Position numbers and translations under genes: made by a program. A DNA stretch of 64,000 nt from NCBI RefSeq assembly GCF_006345805.1, contig NC_042997.1, forward strand, positions 176,576,001 through 176,640,000, given 5' to 3'. This stretch comes from Octopus sinensis (Eukaryota). The notes under the pieces were generated by a model. The model ran no database searches. It saw only the letters and a list, made by a program, of their open reading frames with translations, and was not told the origin of the DNA. Positions 1 to 11,338 of the stretch are shown in pieces; position 1 is the first letter of the stretch, and every line of letters begins with the position of its first letter.

Positions 1-383
1 TCTAAAATTACTAAAAAATTATATTGGAGGCAAAGAACCTCTATAAACCAACAAGAAATTCTGCCATTTCTTTGTCTTTCCGTCCTCCCCAAATCCCTTT
101 CTCTTAGGAGGGATGATAAAGTTAGTGGAAAGGAGCCAGAGAAGACATGAAAATACTCTTAATTGATGCCAACACTCACCATTACCAGTTTCCAATAAAG
201 AAAGAAAAATGTTTCTGAAATACTTTAAAAAAAAATTATCAGTATGTTGGTTGTAAAACCTTGCTTGCTCTTACTCTCCCTCTCTCATTGTTTTTGATTA
301 CCAGCAAACGAATGAGTACTCAGTACATGTAGATTATATGAAACTTATAAGTTCTGGTAAAACACTGGTTTGTTTCTCATGAA

Positions 384-598
384 CCCTTTAGCATTCACAT
401 TATTCTGTCAAAAGTCATGCTTATTTATTCACAGTTTTAAATTAATCATATATTATCTTGTAGCATTGAGATTTTGATGAGGTGATCACTTATTTTTTAG
501 AATGACATTGTAGAGTAGGTATAAGAGGCTGGATCTGGCCAGTTTGAATGTAAAACAGAATAGTTTGGACAGATATGGCCAGTTTGAATGCTAAAGGG
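384..598. mobile_element. piggyBac-type MITE
   Basis: Termini CCCTTTAGCATTCA...TGAATGCTAAAGGG, flanked on both sides by TGAA. Same family as the three TTAA-flanked copies. Confidence 0.75.
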
Positions 599-699
599 TG
601 AAAGATCAATCTGGTGGTGGGTTGTACCTTAGCAGGATCTGTCAGTAATTTTATGTGACTTATTGTGTAGTGGAGATACAGCAGATTACTGATATGGGT

Positions 700-1300
700 A
701 GGGAAAAGCCAACAATTTGAATAGCTTGAGAATTTTGGAAGTTTTCTGAAAGAAATGGCTCTCTGTGACAGCAGAGATAAGATCTGGGCTCTTTTGTTAA
801 GTGATCATGTTGCCTGTTTCAGAATTTGGAATTATTCAGTTAAGCATAATTCACAGTCCTTGCTCTCTAAATCCATTATATTGCAGGCAATTCCATAATT
901 TTTTGGTATATTGTGCTAAAGAAGTACAATTCACTCATTCATCTTCGATGAGTGTAAATGATGGTTGTATCTAATCTTAAAGTGGCTTGCAATAAGTCCT
1001 GGGTGTTATTTTTGCTATATATACTGCTTCTCATAGAGGCAAGATTTTTCAAGTGGACAATTTTGGAGTTTTCTGTAATTAAAAGCTGGCTGTTGGGGTG
1101 GGATTGGCTTTGTGTGTCTGGGTAGGGTGTGAGATCTGGGAAGTCCTACTGTCCAGACAGAAGGTTGCTTTCATTTATTGGGGTTGAAAAGTTTTTAATA
1201 TTTGCATGTATTGTTGGTAAATGAATTAATCAAGATAAGACATTCCTATCTATGCTGGTGTAGGGAAGTATCCAGTCATATAGGAATTTTTTTTAATTCA
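700..1300 (-). mobile_element. Degenerate Penelope-like element (GIY-YIG endonuclease end)
   Basis: Minus-strand fragments such as NYRKLQNCPLEKSCL, GLIASHFKIRYNHH and CELCLTE..ILK...LNKR resemble the Penelope C-terminal CNC...CPL...CL / IG....FK.R..NH / C.LCL.E...IL....LNKR pattern. Many stops and frameshifts. Confidence 0.55.
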
Positions 1301-3014
1301 AGGTACTCTCAACAAATATCCCTACACTAGAACCCTGAACTAGATAAAGATGGAAGTTTATCAATGTCCAACATGAACAGCTATACCAAAGAAAAGAACT
1401 GGTCTGAATAGTTAAGGAATACAGTTTGAGCATCAGTATTAAAACCAACCTAAGAATAGTTAGTTTTTAAACATGACACTAAATCTGTTTATCCAGGATA
1501 AAATAATTTTGGATACACTATAGCTTTAAAAAATTCATGATAATCATTATTGGAAGAATTTATTAATGTGCAACTATCACAAACTCTTCAACACTAATAA
1601 TGTAAAAGTAAGATAGTGTTGTCAGGGCAGCATTGCTTTCCAGATTTCATACCACAATCTAAGATGCGCACTTAACCGGCTAACACTCTAACAAAATGGG
1701 TATGATGCAGTCTTCCACTGAATGATTCTAAACAAAGAATCAATCCACCAGCAGATTATATTCAACTTCACATCACCGGAAAGTCCTCATGTGATATAAA
1801 ACTCTGAGTAAAGAGATAGTAAAGTCATCAGCAGTTTCCTAATAAATTAAAATATTATTAAAAATATTTCTTTTTTTATTGTCTTTCTTTTATCTTTCAT
1901 TTTATCACTTTTTTCCTTTTATTTCTCTCACTCATACACTCTCTTTTCTATTTCTATATATTTCTTTTCACTTTCTCTATTTTTCTTTATTTTTATCTCT
2001 TTTTTTTTGTCTTTTTCTTTTAATTTTCTTTCTCTCTTCCCTTTATCTACCTTTTTTTCTCCACTCTTTTTCTATTTTGTAAACCTCCAGTAGGAAGAGC
2101 AGTACCTATGATCTTTCACAGGGTCTTGGAGGGAGAGAAATGGTGGTGGTGGTGGTGGTGGTGGGGCAGCAAGAAAATAAGGAGTGATCTGGTTTGAATG
2201 CTTTCAACTGAGTAGGATCCCTAAAGGCATCCAAGGGCCAGGTGGTGGTGCTTTACGAAACAACAGATTTCCTTTATCTCAGAAACATTTCACAAAGAGG
2301 AATATATCAGTTTGTTAAGAAGAGGAGCCTACTTGGTAAAACTTTTCTGAGTTATTTTCTCTCTCTTTCTCCCTCTCTTTTGCTCTTCCCCTTCAACAAC
2401 CAAATATACCTATACTCGTGTACACACACACACACACACACTACTTACATGAAATATTAGTTACACTTGCTCCAGACCTGATTTAGAAAAATACATTAAC
2501 ATCAGCTCACATTTCTACTTTACGTCACAACAACCTCCTTTCCTCTCTATGCCTGCCTCTGTGTGTGGGGGTGTCAGCCTCTGTGTGTTTGTGTGTACTG
2601 TATACGTGTTTCTTGCTGTGTACATGCATTTGTTTACTTTTCTTACGTATGAATGTGTATAATTGCATGCTTCTTTCTTGTTATGCATTGTGTATGTGTG
2701 TCTGTGCATGCAGGCTAACTTGTGTATGTATAGGTTTGTTTATCGGTTGTTGTGTATATTTGTGCTTACTTTCATTTATATATGTATCAATGTATGTAAA
2801 TGATTACGTATGGGGTGGGGCAGGGTATGTGGGATAAATAATGCACACGGTCATCTACTATATCAGAATTGAAACAATAAAATCAAACCTCTTAATTTCA
2901 TCTATAAGATATATTGCTAATGTTATATTAACTGCTAGAAATAGCAGTTAAAACTCCCTCAGTAGTAACACCATCTTCAAAAAAGAGATACAAAATCTGA
3001 CTATATATATGGAA

Positions 3015-3350
3015 AAAAGATTGCTCCCCAAACACATGGTTCTGGGTTCAGTCCCACTGTGTGGCACCTTGGGCAAGTGTCTTCTATAGCCACGGGAGTG
3101 TATTTGATAGATTGAAACTAAAAGAAGGCTGTCATATATGTGTGTGTGTGTGTTTGTCCACACCACCAATTGACAACTGTTGCTGGTGTGTTTATATCCC
3201 CATAACCTAGTGCTTTGGCAAAAGAGTCCAATAGAATATGTACTAGGTTTAAAAAAAAGGGACCTGGGATCGATTTGTTCAACTAAAACCCTTCAAGGCA
3301 GTGCCCCAAACTGGCTGCAATCAGATAACAGAAGCAAGTAAGATAAAAGA
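3015..3350 (+). mobile_element. tRNA-derived SINE, group A (old, diverged copy)
   Basis: ggttctgggttcagtcccactgtgtggcaccttgggcaagtgtc head, internal (GT)n and diverged tail; homologous to 17900-18731 and 24442-24854. Confidence 0.8.
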
Positions 3351-3659
3351 CCTACATTGATAAACACACATACACGTATGAATATATGTGTGTGTATATA
3401 TATATATATTATATTAAATTATAGATAAAACCACTATTAGGCAAAATCAAAATAAAGACAAGGATATCAAGTAGTGATGCAGTACGATCATTTCAAGTGA
3501 CTTGTATTGCATCACTACGAGATATTCTGTTGCTTATTTTGATTTTATTCACCTTACTTTGAGCTAAGCAGATAATACTGGACTGACTTAGAGTTTTAAC
3601 GTCAGTACCTAATTCAAAAGAATCTCAATTATTTCTTTTATATATATATATACACATGC

Positions 3660-3799
3660 ATATGTATATATATGTATGTATATATTATGTATGTGTGTAT
3701 ATGTATATATATGTGTATGTATATATATATGTATATGTATATATATATGTATATGTATATATGTGTGTATGTATATGTGTGTATGCATATATATGTATG

Positions 3800-3832
<33 letters not shown>

Positions 3833-3907
3833 GTATGTATGTATATATGTATGTATATATATATATATATGTATGTGTATATATATGTATGTATATATAT
3901 ATATGTA
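3660..3907. repeat. Compound (TA)n/(TATG)n microsatellite
   Basis: Directly visible; source of the spurious Y/I/M/V-rich ORFs at 3609-3984. Confidence 0.95.
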
Positions 3908-4517
3908 TAATAATAATATTAGGGAATAAATCCAAACTTACAGGAAAAATTAGATTTAGGATTAAATCCAATTTTATAGTATAAATATATTATATTATAT
4001 TATATTAAATTAGAAATAAAACCACTATTAGGCAAATCAAACAGTGAAAAACATAAGCCAATACATGAAATTAATTTAAAAATATAAAAGTTAAAAATTA
4101 AAAAATTATTTAAATAATTTAAACTTATAAATTTTAAATATATATGTATGTATTTTTTTTTTATATATAAATATCAAAAGTATTAAAAGTTTAATAAAAG
4201 ATAAAGAGTAAAACACTACGATCATTTCATGGCTGTACCAATTCGAATAACAATAATTTAAATTCAATTAATAATTCGAGTTATGGTTACAGTCAATCTT
4301 CAGGTTAATTGAAATATTTTTAAAATAATCAGAAATATTTAAACAATATTTTTAAGATATAAATAATATAATAATTTTACTTATAATAAACTGTATTATC
4401 AAACTAGAAACTTAAAACTTAACAATTATGATTATATCAAAATCGATTATAATGTTAAATCGATTTTGATATAATCATAATTTTTAAGTTTCTAGTTTGA
4501 TAATAGAGTTTATTATA

Positions 4518-4539
4518 TATATGTATGTATATATATATG

Positions 4540-4570
<31 letters not shown>

Positions 4571-4775
4571 GTATGTGTATATGTATGTATATATGTATAT
4601 GTATGTATATATATATGTGTGTATATGTATGTATATATATATGTGTACGTATGTATATATATGTTTATATGTATATATATGTTTATATGTATATATATAT
4701 GTTTATATGTATATATATATATGTGTATATGTATACATATATGTGTGTATGTATATATATATATATATATATATA
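4518..4775. repeat. Compound (TA)n/(TATG)n microsatellite
   Basis: Directly visible. Confidence 0.95.
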
Positions 4776-4859
4776 GTTATATAAATCAACTTAGTTTGAT
4801 TTGAAAACCCCACTAGAATGGGAGAAATTGCTAATACATGATCTAAGTTATATGATATA

Positions 4860-7145
4860 TAAAAAATGAAAACAAATTGAGAAAGAGATCCTCAAACAAA
4901 ACTGGCCTGAATGTCTCTTCTCGCCAGACATCGACATGAAACTTCAACAATTCATGTCTGTAATGCAAGCCATATGCTACAAATGTGTCCCAGAGAGAAA
5001 GGCCACTGTACACAAGAGCAAAATCCCCAGAGAGAGGAAAATTCTAATGAGCAAGCGTACAAAAGTTTCAAATCGCCTAAACAAACAAATTGAAAGAAGT
5101 GAAAGTCCCGTCTGAAAATAAAACTGTTGGAAATTGAAAAATGTCTGCAACTCTCCCATGAAAAAGAAAGAGCAGACAAAGAAGCCTGGGCTATAGACAA
5201 CATAAAATCTAACCCCAGAGCTTTCTACAGGTATGCCAAAGAAACAGCTACTGTGCACTGTAGGATAGGGCCACTCCTTGAAAAGGATGGCACACTCACA
5301 GGAAATCCAATGAGGGTAAGTGAAATACTAAATGAGCAATTCAAGAGTATTTTCACTCCACCCCTAGGGCATTTTCAAGTCAGCAATCCAACTGACTTCT
5401 TTACCACTGCAGATATAAAATCAGAGGCAGTGATGATTGATTACATTAATATAAAGGAAGATGATGTAATAAAGGCTATTGATGAAATGAAAACAAACTC
5501 AGCTTCTGGCCCCGATGGATTCCCAGCAATCCTTCTAAAAGTATGTAAGAGAGTCCTAGCAAGACCACTGCAGTTCCTCTTTCAGAGCTTCCTTGCAAGT
5601 GGCAAACTCCCAAGAAAACTGAAGGAAGGTAAAATATGCCCTATTCATAAAGGAGGTAGCAGAGTGGAGGCCAAGAACTACAGACCTCACACATGAGCAA
5701 GGTCATGGAACGAATAGTCAGAAGGAAACTAATCACCTTCCTTCAAGAAAATTACTTGCTGCCTGACACCCAACATGGTTTCCGACCAGGAAGAAGCTGC
5801 TTAACTCAGCTCCTACAACACTATGACTGGGTGCTGAAACGACTGCTCAACCACTCAAATGTGGAAGTCATATATCTCGACTTTGCAAAGGCCTTTGATA
5901 AAGTCGATCATGGAATGATATGTCACAAACTGCGTGATCTTGGCATAGTTGGAAAATTGGGAGAATGGCTTCATGACTTTCTGAAGGATAGAAGTCAGAT
6001 GGTAGTAGCCAATGGGGCCGCTTCCATTAACACGCAAATAGTGAGCGGTGTTCCGCAAGGCACTGTTTTGGGACCACTACTGTTCATAATGGCCTCTCAG
6101 ACATGCCCTCAGCCACGCAGAGAGCCACGATCACAAGTTATGCAGATGATGCAAAAGTTTCACAGGCAATACAGAACCCTGAAAACACTATGCACCTGCA
6201 ATGTGAGCTGAACAAAATATACAAGTGGGCTGAAAAGAATAGCATGCAGTTCAATGCTGAAAAGTTTCAAGTTTTATGCTATCAGCATGCAAAACTAAAT
6301 GCAATATCCAATGAATACACTGGACCTGGAGGGATTGCAATGCCAGAGGAACAGTTAGTGCGAGACCTGGGTATTTACATGAGTGATGATGCACCCTTTC
6401 ATGTGCATGTTGCTAAATTGGCAATGAAATGTAGGCGGCTGACCGGATGGATTCTTAGAACCTTTAGAACAAGAGACCAGGAAACCATGATGGTCCTCTG
6501 GAGGACACTTGTCCTAAGCCACTTTGACTATTGCTCTCAGCTCTGGTCACCATCCAGTGTCAAATTAATCACTGAACTTGAGGCGATCCAACGAAGCTAC
6601 ATGAAGAAGATAACCTCTGTGCAGCATATAAGCTATTGGGGAAGACTCAAGAGATTGAAACTCTATTCCTTAGAGCGTAGGCAAGAAAGATATGCCATAA
6701 TATACATCTGGAAGATCCTAGAAGGACTTGTCCCAAACTTTGGCATCGAGAGTTACACAAATGCCAGAACTGGGCGCCTCTGCATAGTGCCAAGGACTCC
6801 AAATTTGCCATCAAGATGTAGGACAAGATACTGTGATAGCCTGGGCTTCCGAGGCCCAGAGCTCTTCAATATCCTCCCGAAGAACCTAAGAGACCTGCAT
6901 GGGGTGGATGCAGATGTCTTTAAAATAAAACTGGATCTCTTCTTGGCAGGTGTCCCAGATGAACCAACTTCACGGCAGGAGGTGCAGATGAGGGCAGCTG
7001 CATCAAACTTTCTCATGCATCAAATGGCAATTGCTAAAAAGCATTTGTGAAGTAAAATCATGTAGCAACACCAAATGGCGGTGCCCCAGCATGGCCACAG
7101 CTTGTGAACTGAAACTAGATAAAAATAAAATAAAATAAAAAATAC
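4860..7145 (+). mobile_element. 5'-truncated CR1-group LINE with frameshifted ORF2 (reverse transcriptase)
   Basis: ORFs 5127-5696, 5693-6211 and 6103-7050 carry SGPDG, KNYRP, QHGFRPGRSC, YLDFAKAFDKVDH, SGVPQGTVLGPLLF, YADD, RDLG and SLERR motifs. Ends in an (AAAAT)n tail at about 7120-7145. Confidence 0.93.
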
Positions 7146-7201
7146 AAATAAATATCTGTAAATACAAACCATCCGATTTTCTGAGTACCTCATTTCTTCT
7201 A

Positions 7202-7202
<1 letters not shown>

Positions 7203-7233
<31 letters not shown>

Positions 7234-7400
7234 ATATGTATTTATGTATGCATATGTATATATATATGTATATTTATGTATGTATATATATGTATTTATG
7301 TATGTATATATATATATGTATATGTATATGCATGTATATATGTATATGCATATACATATGTATATGCTTATATATATATATGTATATGCATATATATATA
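7203..7400. repeat. (TA)n/(TG)n compound microsatellite
   Basis: Directly visible. Confidence 0.95.
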
Positions 7401-7401
7401 T

Positions 7402-7678
7402 CACCGTGACCGACCAGGCTATCAGATTTTGCTACACATCGCTGGTCACAATGCGCTAAAAGCCTTCAAATGACTCCACCCCGCTGGCTAAGCAGGCAGG
7501 CCAACAGTAGAGAGAGTGAGAGAAAGTTGTGGTGAAAGAGCACAGCAGGAATTGCCACTACCCCCTGCCGGAGCCTCGTGGAGCTTTAGGTGTTTTCGCT
7601 CAATAAACACTCACAATGCCCGGTCTAGGAATTGAAACCACAAGTCCGCTGCGCTAACCACTGGGCCATTGTGCCTCC
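7402..7678 (-). mobile_element. tRNA-derived SINE, group B (body 2, tail Z)
   Basis: Reverse complement begins GGAGGCACAATGGCCCAGTGGTTAG (A-box-like) and shares gtgtttattgagcgaaaacacctaaagctccacgaggctc with 15051-15368. Confidence 0.8.
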
Positions 7679-8657
7679 TATATATATATATATGTATATA
7701 TGCATATATATATATATATGTATATGCATATATATATATATGCATATATATATATGTATATGCATATATATATATATAATCGACTTAATTCCTTTGTCTG
7801 TCCTTGTTTGTCCCCTCTATGTTTAGTCCCTTGTGGGTAGTAAAGAAATATATATATATAGATATACATACATACATATATGAATATACTATCTGTTGGA
7901 CCCAGTGTTGCTCATGTTTTCCATGTTGAAGTTAAGCCCACCTCTGACCTTGTATTGAATAAGCATTTCCTTAGAGACCATTCTATCGATTTTGTTGAAA
8001 TCAATGCCAACTGAGCATTATCGTGCTTTCAAAAAATTCCGGCCTTATTTGAACTTCAGGACATGTAATCTATCTATGTGTTAAAAATCATTAAAATCAG
8101 TTGGACGGTGTAGTAGGAGTTAGACTAACCTCAAACACACAGACAGACAGACAGATACCATTACACATTTATGCATATATATATATAAACATGACTATCC
8201 TGTGTCATACAAAAAATGATGGGATGGTCATGCCTGGAACACTTTGATCATTATGTCAGTGTTAGAAATTACTCCATAACATTATAAATAAATAAAATAA
8301 ATATTTAAAAAACATGTAGTATCAATATTAATTATTCCATGGATGTAGAGTTTTTCATACATTACAACTTGAGAGCCAGTTAAGTAAAAGAGTGTGATGC
8401 TGAATGTAGAGTAAATATTAGCTTTATTCAACCAAAATTGCAGCTTTATTTAAAACCTGGTTATTGATTTTTAACTTTGACACTGGGCCATAAATTTGTT
8501 GGAAAGTGAATAATCAATTGAATTAACTCCACATGGATGGAAACAACTCAATTGAGATGGGATTTGAAACCAGAACACAACAAAGAGATGCATTGTAAGT
8601 GCTGCAAAGTATTTAGTTTTTTCATTTTAGCATTTCTGATACCCTACAATTCTGTTA

Positions 8658-8912
8658 GTGGAGGTGCGTGGCTTAGTGGTTAGGGTATCAGCATCATGAT
8701 CGTAAGATTGTGGTTTTGAATCCTGGACCGGGCAACGCGTTGTGTTCTTGAGCAAAACACTTCATTTCACATTGCTCCAGTCCACTCAGCTGGCAAAAAT
8801 GAGTAACGCTGCGATGGACTGGCGTCCTGTCCAGTTGGGGAACACATACACCATTGAAACCGGGCCCATGAGCCTGGCTAGGCTTTAAAAGGGTGCATTT
8901 ATTTTTTATTAT
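8658..8912 (+). mobile_element. tRNA-derived SINE, group B (body 1, tail X) with 13-bp TSD
   Basis: tRNA-like head (TGGCTTAGTGG ... TTGAATCC), flanked by the direct repeat TACAATTCTGTTA at 8645-8657 and 8913-8925. Confidence 0.88.
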
Positions 8913-10466
8913 TACAATTCTGTTATAAAGCTAGTGAGTGAACTGAAAGGTATTCATTTGATTTACTGGAAATACTAGCTAAATCCTACTCAAATCACAT
9001 TCTACTGTTCTAAAAAGTGGACACTGGAAATATGTTCCCTGGGTACACTCTCTGTCAAAAATGTAAGGATGGTAATGATTAGAATACCTTTGGATATAAG
9101 TCTACTCAGGTTCAACTGGGCCTAAACAACAACAATATCAAAAGTAAAAGACAAATTATCAGTTTTCATGTTCATACTAGAAGACAAATTTGTTAGAGAT
9201 GGAGGAAAAGATGTTCAATCCAAGAATTCTTTCTCATTTGAAGGTACTAAGCCTTAGTGTGTTTCAAAAAAACAAGACATAGGGAACTATTATTGACTAT
9301 TAAGTAAATGAATACATGTAGAGTTATATAAGTGTTCTGATGAGAAACAAATTTTTTTGTTGGCTTTGCTAATAGACTCAAAATGTATGGCTCTTTCGAG
9401 GGCAAACCACCACTTGTTATGTCCACATGACAAAACAAAATAAACAGACACTAAAAGATAATTTCAAGGATGATAATGACAGTGGTGGTGGTGGTAATGA
9501 TGATGATAGGTAAGATATCATTTTATTAATACAATATGGATATGTGATGTAAATGAATGGCATATAAATAGTCATCTGAAGTCTGTGAAGAATAACTGCT
9601 ACAGAAGAAGACACTGGAAGAAGTTTCTAGATTTTGGGCCTTACAAGCCAGATTGCATTCCAATTTAACATAACCAAATGGTCCTTGTATCCATTTGGGA
9701 GAGTTTATTCTATTGACCTGACATTCAACTTCACCTCACCATTTCGTTTCTCTCACATATAATATAATGGCATGCCCATTCTCTTTGATTAGAGAAATTT
9801 AATACAAGTATCAATGTCAAAGTTAGGGATGGGGTAGTATATCTGAGCGTGAAAAAAGAATGGTAAGAGGATAAAATATATTATTGCATTTTAGGTTTTA
9901 AATTATTATAATTGAGATTGCATTATGTTCAAGTAACAATAGTCTATGTAAAAATAAACCCTTTGCTATTAAGTCATAATCAAGAATCATGCAATATTTC
10001 AATTTTAATCTAATAATGCAGAATATTCTATAAGAACATATTTACTGTAACGAGCTTCTGGTCATTTGGTTTAAGGCTTGAGATATGTGAGCCTTCACTT
10101 GAGTTTGTGTGGGGAACCAGATTAGTGTATTAAAAGATTGTTGGTTTTATTAAGAAGCTCACCTGTAATTCATACAGTATTTCCCTAAAATATTATTTTT
10201 ATGACTGAATATTCTTCCTAATAACAAATTATTGTATGATAACACATGGCTGTTATACTTCTACTTCAGCTAATAATTTCTATAATGAATAATTTTCTGT
10301 GCCTATGGATACAATTAAATGTTGGTAGCTAGGTTTAAACCTTTGATATAAACAAAGTATCCAGCAGAGTCTCTGATGTTATCATCTCTTCTATCTTTCA
10401 TAATTATTTGGTAAATATTTCAGGAATTCCCTGTTTCATGTAGAGAGTAGATTTTAAAGGTAGCAG

Positions 10467-10856
10467 ATCATCATCATCATCATCATCATTTAACGTCCGC
10501 TTTCCATGCTAGCATGGGTTGGATGGTTCAACTGGGATCTGGGGAGCCCGAAGGCTGCACCAGGCCAGTCAGATCTGGCAGTGTTTCTACAGCTGGATGC
10601 CCTTCCTAACACCAACCACTCCGAGAGTGTAGTGGGTGATTTTATGTGCCACCGACACAGGTGCCAGACGAGGCTGGCGAACGGCCACGTTCGGATGGTT
10701 TTCTTATGTGCCACCGGCACTGGTACCACAAAGATACAAATTCCATTGATGTTCATCTATTTTGATTTGGTTTGATTTTGGTTTGATTTTTACTTGCCTC
10801 AACAGGTCTTCACAAGTGTCACAAGAAGGAAGGTATGCACAGGTGGACTGACTACA
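10467..10856 (-). mobile_element. RTE LINE 3' fragment (ORF2 C-terminus relic plus 3' UTR and (GAT)n tail)
   Basis: (ATC)n followed by tttaacgtccgctttccatgctagcatgggttgg, nearly identical to the 3' end of the RTE copy at 11339-13065. Confidence 0.85.
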
Positions 10857-11040
10857 CATATATACATGACGGGTTTCTTTCAATTTCCGTCTACCAAATT
10901 CACTCAGAAGGCTTTGGTTGCCTGAGGCTACAGCTGGAAACATTTGCTGAAGGTGATACACAATGGGACTGAACCCTGAACCATATGGTTAGGAAGCAAG
11001 CTTCTTATCACAGCCACACCTATGCCTGTATATATATATA

Positions 11041-11228
11041 TCATCATCATCATCATCGTTTAACATCCGCTTTCCATGCTAGCATGGGTTGGACGGTTCA
11101 ACTGGGGTCTGGGAAGCCCGAAGGCTGCACCAGACCAGTCAGATCTGGCAGTGTTTCTACAGCTGGATGCCCTTCCTAACGCCAACCACTCCGAGAGTGT
11201 AGTGGGTGATTTTATGTGCCACCGACAC
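11041..11228 (-). mobile_element. RTE LINE extreme 3' fragment
   Basis: Near-identical to 10490-10655. Confidence 0.88.
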
Positions 11229-11241
11229 ATAACATATATAT

Positions 11242-11326
<85 letters not shown>

Positions 11327-11338
11327 GTATATATATAT

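Noticed and set aside
1860-2080. G-poor pyrimidine tract and its 67-aa F/L/S-rich ORF
   Set aside because: Low-complexity sequence without mirror symmetry or coding signal.
3609-4804. Y/I/M/V/C-rich ORFs (also 7003-7473 and 11060-11494)
   Set aside because: Translations of (TA)n/(TG)n repeats.
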